Shown here: piece by piece, positions 36,343 to 49,803 of the stretch | Layout of the letters: every line of letters begins with the position of its first letter | Position numbering within the stretch: the first letter of the stretch is position 1 | Source: Chrysomallon squamiferum | Taxonomy: Eukaryota; Animalia; Mollusca | DNA length: 64,000 nucleotides | Reading direction: 5' to 3' | Assembly: GCA_012295275.1 (NCBI GenBank) | Contig: CM022665.1 | Coordinates: 25,606,001-25,670,000, forward strand | Notes under the pieces: generated by a model | Database searches by the model: none | Seen by the model: only the letters and a program-made list of their open reading frames with translations | What the model was told of the DNA's origin: nothing | Position numbers and translations under genes: made by a program

Positions 36343-39300
36343 ATGACTTCATTTGTTACAGAAGTTTTGATTACAGCAGGTATATAATCATTTAATAATA
36401 TGTTTATTTACTGAAGTGAATATAACATGTAAAAGTGATTAAATATGTGAAGATATATTTATTTATCAACCAGTATTAATTTAGGAAATAATGATATCTT
36501 TTTGGGGTACTACATTTTAAACGTGGAAATGTAGGTGAAACAGATCTCAACCAATCAGTACTCTTCGCCGGTTTGATCAGGATTATTTTATTATTATTAT
36601 TTTTTTTAATTTTATTTCATTATTTCATTATTTATTTTATGAGAGCGAGAAACACTTCCCAGTTTTCAACGACATTGCACCTCTTCCCCACCCAGATCTT
36701 CCAATAAACTGACTTCATAAATGATAATGATCCTCGTTATTTTAATACACAAAGTGACAAAGCAAATAAACACAGTTTTTAGAATTTGTATTTGTTCCTA
36801 TCCTCTGGAAAATACAAAAGTGTTTTGCAACAGTTGCTAAACAGTTAAATATGTGCTTTCTTGCATCTTAATAAACTATAAAATTCTGTCAAATATATTT
36901 CATATCTCTAATAGGATATTTGTGATGATCGTTTTCAAAACAGGAATGTTAATGTTTTTTGTATCAACGTATCAAAGTGTTTGCATATTTATTTGCATTA
37001 TGATAGAGTGGAATTCAGTTGCCATTGATAAATGGGTTATTCTTATCATTTAGCATCACATCATCTTTTATATGAACCTCCTCATAGAACTGGATGTACC
37101 AAAACTAACAAGTGGTGGGTTAGTACAAAAATGTTTAGTAATCTCCAGGATGTGGTTTGTAAATTCAAATAAGAATTATTTAGAATTTTGTTGTGATTTT
37201 TAATAGTTGTATGTATATTTCAGTTGATGATTGTTATTTATAGTCTTATTCTTTCTTACATTATTTTATTATCTTAGGTCAAATGGAAAAAGAAGAAATT
37301 CGTAGTCAGCTTGAAGCACTTGGTAAAAGAATTGATCAGACAAAGGTTGACATCTGTGAACTTACTGCTAACAAATATGTAAATTTTTGCCCTACATATG
37401 ATTCAACTAGAGACCTTGCCTTGAGATCTCAAACTGTATTGAAAGAAATTGAAGCAGTCAGTGAAAGAATTGAAACAGAGGTGAGGATTTTTCTAAGCAT
37501 TTATATTTTATTTTTTGTCTTTATGGCTAAAATAACCTTTGGTGGTCTAAAATAACCTTAAAATTAATTTATTTTGTTTTAGGAATGCACACATGCAGTT
37601 GTAAAGTATCAGGAGTTTTGATCAAAGATAGAACTGTAAAAAAGAGAAAAACTAACTTTAAAAGTATAGACTATCTGACAGAAAGTTCTCAAAACCAGTT
37701 GACATGGGATGTAACAGGATACACTGTTTATTATAATACTAATTTTTCAAAATATTAGCAATTTTATTACCTAAAAATCTAAATATTTTTTTTATTATTA
37801 AATTATAGATACGTGGGCAGCTGAATATATCGACAGGAGAATTTCAAACTCTTAAACAAAACCTGCAGGAGCTTTCTAATGTGCATACAGTCATGAAAGC
37901 TTTTGTCAAACTTCAAGACTGCTTTGAAGAAGCCTCCTCAGCAACAGAGAGTAAACAGTATTCAAAGGCTGCTGTAGCTTTACTGTCTATGAAAGACCTT
38001 CTCAGTCAGCCTTTGGTAGGCAGTGAAGATAAAGTTAAGATTTTATCAGCACTGCGCACTGAATGCATGGTAAAACAGCAAGGTCTTATAGCTTTGTTAT
38101 CTGATTTATGGAAGGAACACATAATATGGGCGGTGTCTGATGTTTCACCTGAACACTTCAAATGGTCTGAGTTGAAACTGATCACCTGTGGGGAAAATGC
38201 TACTCTTCTTCAAGAAGCTGTTGCAGCCATGAACATCTTAGGTGTCCTGGAACCTATAGTTAAATCATTTGGAGAAAAAGTTATTAAATATTTGATAACA
38301 CCTGCACTTTATACAGGATGTGAACTGAACATTAAGTCTTCAAAGCACAACAATACCATGCATATTAATCTTAAAGAAAAGGATCGTCATCCAGCAAATC
38401 ATGAAAAAGCATTTAAAAATGTGTACGATATACTACAGTTTATTTTGCATAATTTCATGTACATGTCAGTAGATTTAACTGATAAAAAGCCTTCAGAAAT
38501 TATTTTTGAAATGTTGGGTAGGGAGATTGCAACTACAGTAGTAGACATGGTAGTGAAGGTCTGTCTTTCAGTGGCCATACCCAGCAACAGCAAAGATCTT
38601 GATCAGTTTGATGGTGTGGTCACTGTGACAGAAACCTTTCAAAAATCTTTGCTTGACTGCAAGTTTCTTCAAAAAGAAAACACTACATTGCTGAATTATG
38701 TTCAAAATGTCAATGTTTTGTTTGCCAATAAAAAAAGTCAGGAAATTGTTGAGAAAGCCAGAGCATTAATGACATCAGAGATACACAACACTGTACTGAT
38801 TGGTGATGAGAAATCCAGTGGTCAGTTGCCACAACTGGAGTCTGATTCTAAAAGCAAGAAGAGTACATTAGAAATGAGTTGTGATGTTGAACTGAGTGAA
38901 GATACATTCAAGTTGCCCAAATGCCGAATAAGGTTTGCCTATATCTTTCACTGTAACAGCATTATTGTTATTTGTGTTTAAGCTAAATTGTTGTTAGCCA
39001 TGTGCACATAAAGAAACATTTGTTTTAAATTGTGTGTCAGAAATGTAGAAACTGAACATTGTAATGCATTGAGAATTTAGTGAAAATGGAAAGACAAGTT
39101 TGATTCTGTATGTATTTTTTTTTTAATGAAAATTAATTAACTGAATTTCTTTCTTTTTTTCTTCTTTTTTTTTGGTTTTCCTCTTGAGGAACAGACTGCA
39201 GCTCAGTGGTTATCCTACTGACCTGAGATACCTTTTACTCCATTAGTGCTCTTATTACACAGTTTTCCATTCCAACCAGTACTCCACAAATGGTTTATCA

Positions 39301-41663
39301 AAAGTTTCCTGTTTGATGGGAAGAAAATAAAGTACCTAACAAGTGCTAATATTAAAATATAATGAGGTGTTATTAAATAAAAATGCATTCAGTGAGATTT
39401 AGAGATTTCTATTATTATTTTTTTTCTCTCTCTCTCTTTAGTTCTTCAATTAATGAAGTAATGGAACTTGCTTATGAAACCTTACATGAAGCTACACAGA
39501 GTTCTGTGCAGTGTGCCATTCAACTGTTCTATGCTGTGAGAAATATGTTTGAGATATTCTGTAATGTGTTTCCAGTTTATCATAAAAATAACTTGGAAAG
39601 TCTTCCACAACTCACAGGTATATAAACAAATTTGTAATAAAATACTAACGAAAATAAAGATCATTTATCATTTACACACATGGGAAAGTATTTCTTAATG
39701 GCACAAACCAACATTATTTTATTTAATAATGTCTAAATATTTTACCAACATTAATGTAAGATTTCATATGTTTTTTTCTTCCTATTAAATAATATTATTT
39801 GCAATAATTGAGACAGTTTTTTATAAAATGTAATTATTTTCATTTTTAATGATTTAAAGATCAATTTTTAAAGTATTGTCTGTGCTATTTTATTTAAGCA
39901 AAACCTATAAATAATCATTGTAATTGATGTTTATTTGCTTCACATTAGCACTTCATCACAACAACTGTATGTTCATATCCCATCACTTGATGACACTTGG
40001 GCATCAGTTCAAGAGCAAACTGCCCCCAGCTCTGAACACAACATTTTTGGACTTGGTTCCCAAAATTAGAAAAATTGGCACAGAGAGTTTCATCCATCAG
40101 ATGAATCTGCAGAAAGTACAACTTTTGGAATATCTGCATGAAGCTGATGGTAAGAATGTTGCATAAGACTGAAGAAGAATATAATTAATTTTGAATTTCA
40201 TGTTCATTACTTAAATAATACATTTTAATAATAATGGTAATGATATAGCTAAAATTACTTTAAAAAAAAAAAATAATAATAATAATAATAATAAAGAGGT
40301 ACTTAAAAAATACAAACACTTGTGAGTGACTACTATTTATTGTTGACTGTATTAATTACAATTTAAAAAAAATAAGCCTTATCAGAATGCTAAAGGTGTT
40401 AGTAACTCATGGATAATGTGTCCTGATAAATATATATATTTGTGAATATTATTATATGTATGGATTATGCATTAGTTCTGATAAGGCAACTTTTTAGAGA
40501 TTTGAATGTTTTAATTCCAGGATGATGAGTATAATTTTGGTTTAACTAGTTACATGACCACATTGGAATTAGTGCTTTAATATATTCAAGGAAATGTTTA
40601 TTTGATGTTGTAGGTTTTGCTAATGTTTCTGACAATGAGCGGTTGGTTGCTGATGAAAAGGTTATTAAACAGGTTTTTCATCTGCTGAAACATTTGCAAA
40701 ATGTCTGGCAAGATGTTCTTCCTTTAAGTGTCTATAGAAAGGCAATAGGTAAAGTTTATTTAGTTTCTATTGCTTTGTTAGTTTGAGAATTTTTATTTTT
40801 TATTCTTTTAATTTTTTTTTTTTGCAGCAGCAGCACATTTATGCATCTTCAAATGTAATTAGTTCAAAAATTATTTGTTAATTTACTTATTGCTATGAAA
40901 AATGTTACATATGTTTATCAGGTAAATTGGTTTTAACAAGTAATAATTAGATAGTTCATTTTATACTTTTAAAAAAAGTTATAATTTATGAATAGTTGTT
41001 TCATCTATTAATTTGTTTGTATTGAGTTTAATCTTCATTTTTCTGATAGCAGTATTCTATATTTTTGTAGAAGATTAAATTGTTTCCTGATGCATTTGGT
41101 GCACATGTTAATGTGGTAATATTAACATCAGCATTTTATTAATTTTTATTTTTAAATGTTTCTATTGAATTTTAAATATACATAATAATAATTATTAAAA
41201 TATATTCCTGTGGTTTTAGCTTAAGTTTAATGTTAATGGAGCAAAGAAGACTAATTTTTACATTAGCAGAAAATTATACTTTATTGTAGGTATGCTTGTC
41301 AATGTATTTGTTGGAGAGATCACAGAAAATATTGTATCTCTGGAAGACATTTCATCAGATGATGCCAGACAGCTCACCGTTATTCTCTCTGATATATCAG
41401 GGAAAGTGCATCCAGTTTTTGATACCACTGATAGCAAAGCAAGCAGTACAGATGCTGATCTTCTGAGAAATGTGCCAAAATGGAGGAAATTTAAGGAACT
41501 GCAAATAGTTTTAAGTGGAAGCCTGCAGGAGATTCTAGACAGATGGGCTGAGAAGAAGGGTCCACTAGCAGATGTATTTTCAGCAGATGAACTTAAACAG
41601 CTGATAAGGGCACTGTTCCAGAACACAGAGAGAAGAGCTGCTGCTCTTGCCAAGATTCGATAA
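36343..41663 (+). CDS. ZW10: Centromere/kinetochore protein ZW10 (RZZ/NRZ complex), 7 exons, 749 aa
   Basis: Exons 36343-36379 (MTSFVTEVL), 37278-37480, 37809-38932, 39442-39617 ([10 protein letters not shown]), 39949-40149 ([21 protein letters not shown]), 40614-40748, 41290-41663 ([20 protein letters not shown]). 2250 nt. Confidence 0.96.
39195..39325 (+). mobile_element. Degraded tRNA-derived SINE-like fragment in ZW10 intron 3
   Basis: A-box-like gcagctcagtggt followed by ttccaaccagtactccacaaatggtttatcaaa. This resembles the reverse complement of the end of the 12085-12298 element. Confidence 0.35.
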
Positions 41664-43580
41664 AGATCAGACCTTGAACATAACAGAACTGTACAATGTA
41701 CAGTATATTGTGGCATAAATCACCAACAGATTTTATACAGGACAATCTGTTGGATTGTGATACCTTATGAAAATATGCCTAGTAGGCAAAAATTTGAAGA
41801 TTATATTACTCTTCAAATAATGGGTTTGTAAAGTTCAAAAGAATGAAATAAATTAATATTTTTGGTTTATTATATTGAATATGTTGATGTTGAGATCATA
41901 AAATATGGAGTTCATGGTTTTTTTTTTACATTTTATATGTAGTGATTAACAGATAATTTGGTTAAATCTTTAATATTTCAAATTTTATCTTAGAATGTTC
42001 ATTCATCTACTCACTGTTTAAAGTATTTATTAAGCTCGAAATATTTTATTGTAGCATAGTCTTAGAGCTTTGTCAAACATAAGAGTGATGTTTTAAGTTG
42101 CTAAACATTTATTTTATTTATATAAAAATGATGTTGAAATACATTTCAGTGTTAATTAAAAACTAAAATTGCTACCAAAAGTTAAATTTATTAAAATCAG
42201 ACTTGATTCCAAATATCCTATTTCCAAGGATACTTTGGTCCATCATTTCCAAGTGTTGTGTGAAGTATAAATAAAACAATATTGTTAATGATTTACTCAC
42301 TCTTGTTATGGGGAATATATTATTGCAGGGGTTGGGGACTAAAGTTATTGTATTTTATTATTAGCAAAAGTGCTAGGTTTATCTTCAGAAAAAGGAATCT
42401 AAAGTGTGATGAAGACCCTGAAAAGCACTTGCAAGTCTTTTCAGTTTTTAAATTTCATTTTTGCTTTCGTTGAAAATGTATAAACATTCATGTAAAATGC
42501 AAAATAAAAATGCTTGTCTTGTTTATAAGATTTTAGTGTTTTGTGTTTTAATAGCTCATAACTGAGTAACAAAAATCATGGCAAAAAAGTAAAGTTCAGA
42601 ATATAAATTCCCATACAGGAAATTAAAAGTCAGTTAAAATCAAAATAATATATAATCTAATCTAACTTAATATAAACTGAGAAAAGATTTCATTACCTAT
42701 GAACAGATCCATGGGCAATCACATTTACTAATTATGTAACAGGTCAGTATATCCATTTAGAAGTAAATGGTTCGTTCTGTTTCTCTCCATGGCAGCAACG
42801 AACCCCCCAGCATTTTCGTCACAGCAAAAGGTACTACTACATAAAAAAAATATTTTAAAAAAACCCAGATGTGTGTAATGTTTCATTAAGTTACTTTATT
42901 CAGGATTGTTTTCAAGAGAGTAAATTTGGTCATCTTGGTATGTAAATGTTCATTTATAATTTTTTTATAATCATGATAAGGTGTCCAGTAACAAATAGCA
43001 AAGGAATGCTGGGACTATTTCCATAAGCACTCATTTACTCTTGTACTAGAATTGTGTTTTTAATGTAAGTGGGGACCTTGTATATCTTAACACTGTCAGA
43101 ACTTTTTGAACACAATTAAATTTCATTTGGCTTCCTATTATCTCAAATAGAAGCAGAAAATATATTTAAAGGCCAATTACAGTCTTAATCACTATTTTAT
43201 TGTTTGTAAAGACTTACTGATGTTCATTATCAAAAAGATTAATGTGTGCTTTTTGAACGGTAAAGGTAACAAAGGGTTCCAAAGATTATTTAAAAAATAA
43301 TAATAAAAAAATAAATAAATTATAAAACCATATATATATAGATGAAATAAAAAATATTAATTGTTTATTTATTTTAGTAAATAAAAATAAATTATTTGAT
43401 ATGGACAAAATCAAAATGTTTTTGTGAACAGGACCAGAGAATAAAATGTGCGCTCGAAAAAAACTACGTAATTAACCATAACGAACCCGAATTTTTATTT
43501 TCGAGTATAACTTGATATGGAGACGGACCCGAGTCTAGTTTTATCAAGACTAACCTCGTACAAAAAAAAAAATAAAAACA

Positions 43581-43592
43581 TCATGTGATTGG
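43581..43592 (+). promoter_or_regulatory. M-box/CLEAR-like TCATGTGA overlapping an inverted CCAAT (ATTGG) just upstream of VTI1B ATG
   Basis: The sequence tcatgtgattgg lies 12-24 nt before the ATG at 43605. Confidence 0.35.
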
Positions 43593-43604
43593 TATAATAA
43601 CAAA

Positions 43605-46191
43605 ATGTCGTCGGAAAAGTTCGAGTCGCTGGAAGAGGATTTAATATCGATAATCGACGATCTCAGACTTAAAATTGAGCGCAAAATACAGCATTATGTT
43701 GGAGGTACAATGCTTAGATATATTAATAATGATAATTAATTTCGAAATGATATCAATGAAACTAGTTGAGTAGTTCTTCTAAGATTAATAAAATAATGGT
43801 GTAAAATCATGAAATCTCACAGTCACAAACACACACATCTTGATCATTTGATAAAAAAAAAAAAAAAATTGGTATAATTATAAATCAAGCGGTGCAATGA
43901 CGATCAGACTTGATTATCATTCAATAAAATCAGAACGATTTGTATTCCCCCCACCACAAAAGTTGTATTATCGTAACGAGTGTATCCACTTTTGAGCAAT
44001 TAATGATTTATATTTTATTTGTTTCTAACCAAATTTATAAATTAACGTATTAATAAAATAGTTAAGGCAGTTAAAGAAATAATCGTACCTACGCATGCAT
44101 TCATATACTTTTATCTCATGGTGTGAATTTGATGATGTAATTACAAAGTTACAGTTTCAGACAATAATTTATTTGAAGTATGTCAGTCAAGAAGTTACTA
44201 TAATTCAGAGTATGTGTGTGTGTGTGTATATATATTTGCAGAAGAAAAGAAAAGTGCAATACGGCAATGTGAAAGAAATTTGGAGGAAGCTGCAATCATT
44301 GTAGGTTTGAATTTGTTCATGTTATAAATACATATTCATTTTAAAGATTATTATAAGGTTTTAATATTTCTGTAAATTTTAATATTATTATATTATTTAT
44401 ATTTTTATGTTCCATTACATTTTTTTTTTTTAAGGCAAAATGCTGGAAGTTCTGACTCCTAGGCTGATATTTTTATATAAAATTAAAAATGTTAATGTCA
44501 TAGTTTGTTTTTATTAAAAGATATAGATAAAAGAGAAATATATAGAAAAAAATAAAAAAAATAAAATATCTTGTTTATAATAAAGTAACATTTTATTGCA
44601 TGTCATTTTCAGTCTTAATACATATATGTTTGTATATATATATATATATTTGGTTACAACTGATATTAGACAGGTTGGGTTTTCTTTTTGTCAGATACAT
44701 TTATTTTGTGAACATTGTAGATCCAGGACATGGAAAGTGAGGCAAAAATAGCACCAATCAGCTACAGAACACAGATGCTTGGCAAAATTCGGAATTTCCG
44801 AGGGGACCTAGAACAAATGACAAGGAGTTTGGTAATTAGTTTTTATTAAAAACAAAATTAAAATAATAGAAGTTCAAGAACAAGGAAATAGTAGAATATT
44901 ACCAAAATAATGATATAAAAAAGTATTAATTCAAGCTTGTTGACAGATGCTTGTTTATATAAAAAATCTAAATTATCTTTAATACGTGATCTTTTGAAAG
45001 AATATATAAAACTATTCCATAATATTAACATGCAGACATTAAAAATAATATTTTTCTTTCTTTCTTTATTTATTTTGAATTTGTCATATTTCTTTTTGGT
45101 TTCAGAAAAAGGACAGTTTGTTAGGATTGCATGGTTCAGACAATTACGGTTTTGACAGAGATGATGTAAGTTTTAAATTTTTTATATGTCATTTAATTAA
45201 TAAAGCATTCTTGCCACTCAGTAAAAAAAAATTGTGCTGCAGTGAACAGATACTGCAGTGAAAACCCCAGTTAGTATGGGATTTTTAGTTGTTTTTCACA
45301 TTCAAAATTTTTATAAATTTATTTTTAGAATTGTGTATAGATTTCCAGATCCAAATAATGTTTTTTCATTGTTAGAGGTTGGAAGCATCACAGAGAGCAA
45401 AGCTGCTGCAGGGTCACCAGTCTTTACAGAGAGCATCTGAGAGCATTGCTCGATCTCAGCAAATATCAGCAGAGACTGATCAGATTGGAGTTGAGATCAT
45501 TGATGAACTGGGACAACAGAGAGAGTCTTTGATTCGAACAAGAGAGAGGGTATGCTATACATTAATTAAATTGCATTTACCAAATCTTTATATATTCTGC
45601 TGCATTTGCTATTTATGGTCAAATCATTAATATATGTCTTAAGAGGCAAACAGCAAACTGTCAGTTGTTTAGACAAATGTTGTGAACATGCTTTGGTAAT
45701 GAAAAGCAGAACATAATTTTCTTTTGAATTATTTTCTGAGAAAATTTTAATTTGTTATTTTTTATTTCAGTTATCAGATACTGATGCTAATCTAGGAAGA
45801 AGTAGAAAAATATTAAAAGGAATGGCAAGAAGGTATGCAAACATATTTGTACAAATGGAAAAAAAAAAATGAAATGTTTTGGAAATGTAGTGTAATTGTT
45901 GTATTGTGTTTTTGTACAGCTATATTTATTTGCAGGAATTAGTCAAATTAAATGTCCCTTCATCTAATTTAGATGCAAAGGCAATATTTTAGAAAATTTT
46001 GTTTCCAGAAATGATAATAAAAAGACAAAATAGAGACAAAAAATTAAATTTAATAAATCAAAATCAAGCTTATTTATTTTCTTTTTTTCTTTTTTCTTAG
46101 ACTGATGACCAACAAGATGATTCTTGCTGTCATTATTGTTTTTGAGTTTGCTGTTCTTGGAGGACTTACATACTGGAAGTTCTTCAGCTAA
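43605..46191 (+). CDS. VTI1B: Qb-SNARE VTI1B, 7 exons, 218 aa
   Basis: Exons 43605-43704 (MSSEKFESLEED), 44242-44300, 44721-44831 (APISYRTQMLGKIRNFRGDL), 45106-45165, 45376-45549 (SNARE motif ETDQIGVEIIDELGQQRESL), 45771-45832, 46101-46191 (TNKMIL..C-terminal TM..YWKFFS*). Confidence 0.93.
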
Positions 46192-49100
46192 TGAACCTCA
46201 ACTTTGTCTCACTTCAAAAATCCAACAAATGTTAAATCCTGCAGTAACTGTTTCACTTAATGTACTTTCTGCCACCATTGTTCAGTATTGTTAATATACT
46301 GACTAACAAAACACCATACTTAAGCAACAAAGGAGGTATATTCACTGAAACATTTCCTTTAACTGTATATGAAAATTTCCATTTTATTAATGGCAGTATA
46401 TTGTACATATGTTTAAATATGTCTAAATGTAAATATATAAAAATAAAAAATATTTTAACATTTATTACCACAATTATTGTTGATAGAATAAGAGTGTATA
46501 CATTTTTCATTATTGGAGATGGGAGTTATAATACTTTGTGCCTGATGTTAAAATTTTATTTCAATGAAAACCTTTCAGTTTTTTGGTTCCAAATAAAACA
46601 ATAGTTAAACAACATTAAAGTTTATTCCTTCTTCCTTCCCCCCCACCCCCCCACATATAAGACTACTAGAGCAACTTATTTTTAATCCTCTACAATTCTT
46701 TTGATATTTCATGTTGCATATTTTGATCTTTCTGTAGACATAACACATCTGTCATATGTTAGTAAAAATAAAATTTAAATAATGATGAAGATTTGAAAAT
46801 AAAGTAAAGATAAGAGAGCAAACATGCAAATACACTATGTTGTATTATTAATTATAAAACTTTTTCCAGAAATGTTCTTGTATATTTTGTACGTTAATTT
46901 ATCAAGCATTAAAATATTTTTTGTACTACTGTGTTTTTATATTTGTTTATGAGAAACTTAAAATGTTTCAAATCCTGTTCCATAATTCTGATGGATTAAC
47001 ATCCTGAATTTATTGCTTTGTCATTTATTTAAAAAAAAAAAAAAAATACTGATTGTAAGCCAAGAAATAACATGGGGGGAAAAAAGAACAAAGAAAAATA
47101 TATTTCAGTCAGTTTATTAAATTAAATAAAAAGTTACATAGCCTCCAATTCTTGCAACAAAAGAAGTATTTCATTTAAAGATTTTACAGTAATCTCAAGC
47201 ATATCAAAAAGCTTTCCTATGAAATCATCCATAGAGTACTTAAGCATGGTAAGGATAGATGTAATTGCTGAGAGTAGGCACACAAACACATACAGTTAAA
47301 ACATGCAGTTACGATTTAGTACCTACCAAATATAATTTGAAAAATTTTAATAAATTTTGTTTTATTTATAAAATATCCCCAAATGGTAAGCAACCCACAT
47401 TCTTAAAAAGTAATGCTTTGATAGGTGAAGAAGCATGGCCATAATCAAATGTACAAAAAGTGTACATAAGGTTTACATGCATACAAGTACTTAATGGATG
47501 TCCCATTTTTCTGTTGTAAGATTATAGGCAATGTAGTTAACTGCATTCATAAAATTATAACTATTAATAGCTCTTTTTAAAATTATTTTTAATTTTATTA
47601 TTGTACTCATTTTTTTTTTTTTAATTATTATTATTATATATATTTTTTTTAAATATTTATTCTGTTACTTAAAAAAGGCGTTTTGTTCTATTCATTAGAA
47701 ACAACAATAAAACAAAAAACATTTACAACATTTAGCATAATACATGCTTTTTTGTGAAATAATAAAAATTCCAAACTAAAATGTATGAATTAGCACAAAC
47801 ACTAAAATATCTTAGTTATTAGATACACCAAATACCAAATTTCTGTTTTCATTCCAGATTATAATTATTTACTATAACGTCTCAAATACTCCAAATTCTT
47901 GAGTCTGTATGAATTAATTTAGATACTTTTGAATATACAACATTCTTTTAATTCTCATAATCTGTCCCAGGCTCAGATTATCCAACTAGTAAAATAGGCT
48001 TGTGTTTAGGAATTACAGAGATTATCTATTAAGCAACCAAAGTATTTTATGAATAATCATGACCTACATGTATAGTAAACACTAATTTAGAATTCAGTTT
48101 TAGATTAAATTAATAGATACACATTTCCCAGTCTGCCTGGACAATATTTAAGAATAATGATGATGTAATTATTTAAATTAGCAGTTTAAAGTTTTAGTCA
48201 ATATTCTTTGGTTCACAAATACCAGAATAATACCTATATTATGCAAGGTAAATGAATCGGTAGATTATAAATTTCATATGGTCGAATAATAAAATTATTT
48301 CATTCACATTCATATCAACCTTTTTTCTTTTGTTTATTATTCTTAAAGTTAATCATAAATACTGATTAATATTCACATTCTCTATTTAACCTTAAAACTA
48401 AACATAACTCAGCACTCATCAAGTGATTATTTAGAAAATAATTAATTGTCTTAAATAATTGGAAATAGAGGTTTCCAAAAATTAATTAGTGTATTAACAT
48501 TGCACTAAACATGTTAGTTTGTGGTGTCACAGATTACAGAGATCTATTCTGATTTATACATTTTTTTTTTTTTTTAAATATATATAAATATATATACATG
48601 TATACCTTTCCTGATCTGGAAATTTTTTATTTGGAGTTTGCTTAATAACGTCCAAATCACTGGTGTTATGAAACCGTTTCATATATATACAAAAATTTGT
48701 TACATTAAAAAAAGTAATATTCTTAAAAAAACAAAAAAACCCACCAAAAATCCCTAAAAAGTACTGTTATATAATAGTTTGTGAGAAGTTAAAATACAAG
48801 GGCATCACAGTAACAATTCAGTGCAAGAATCAAATACAAATAAATCAGTCATATACATAATTTTAAAAATGACTATGTACAATATCCAAAATCCCAATTT
48901 AACACATAATTGTAGGGTTAAAATATGAACAAACGAAAGAAGCATAAATTCATGAAACAAAATCAATTAGAATATTTTTTTGGTTTTTAATTTTTAATTT
49001 TTTTTTATTACAAAAAACAAAAGAGGAAAAAAAAAGGAAAAACAAACATAATTTACAAATAAATACAAGAATATTAATAAAATAATCTGCCTCATTAATT

Positions 49101-49803
49101 GGACCCTTAAAATTCAAGTAATATTTGTTTTACAAGTAAAATTTAAAACTGACTAGGACTAGGATTAGTAACTTGGTAAAGTCAGATACACTAACACAGA
49201 ACAAACTTAATTTTTGCAGCCATCATTAAAATTTTTTTGCATAGCAAAAAACTCCACAAATTACAGTTCACACTTTTTAAAACAACCTGTGTTTAAATCA
49301 TATTAAGATACACAATGAAGTAAACTGTAAACTAATGTAAAAAGAATGTAGCAAGCATTGAAAATAATATCCCTTCCTTTTTTTCAGCTTCTTCACCATC
49401 ACCTTTTTCTCGCTGCCAGTTTTAATATATTAATTACTTAGTAATTATATAATTTTTTTTAAAAATTCAATTTTAAAAAGGTGACCATTTTTATGTTAAA
49501 CCTTTTATCCTGGCTGAACTGGGTTCTCTACCACACGTTTCCTCTGCTCATTATTTTATAGTGTAATTGGTGCACTCACAAAACTACATTTCAATCACAG
49601 TGTGTAAAATATTGGTACGGAGTGATTCATCTAATACAAGAATGAGAAGTTAAACAATCAATTTGTCATTCTGTTTTTGTTTCATTACTAAAATTTATTT
49701 CTGATATTTAACATAACACCAATCCTGCAATATTTATGATATTAAATCTTGAAAAAAAAAAAAGGTTCTATAATGGGGACATAAATTGCAGCCAACTCTT
49801 TTA

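Noticed and set aside
41258-41716. 152-aa antisense ORF (and other shadow ORFs such as 5869-6111, 9766-9960, 38399-38593, 49786-50031, 61022-61255)
   Set aside because: These are opposite-strand shadows of real exons with no recognisable protein.
47005-47130. Overlapping poly(A) signals of convergent VTI1B and ZFYVE1
   Set aside because: AATAAA/TTTATT hexamers are ubiquitous in this AT-rich DNA, so 3' ends cannot be placed without transcript data.
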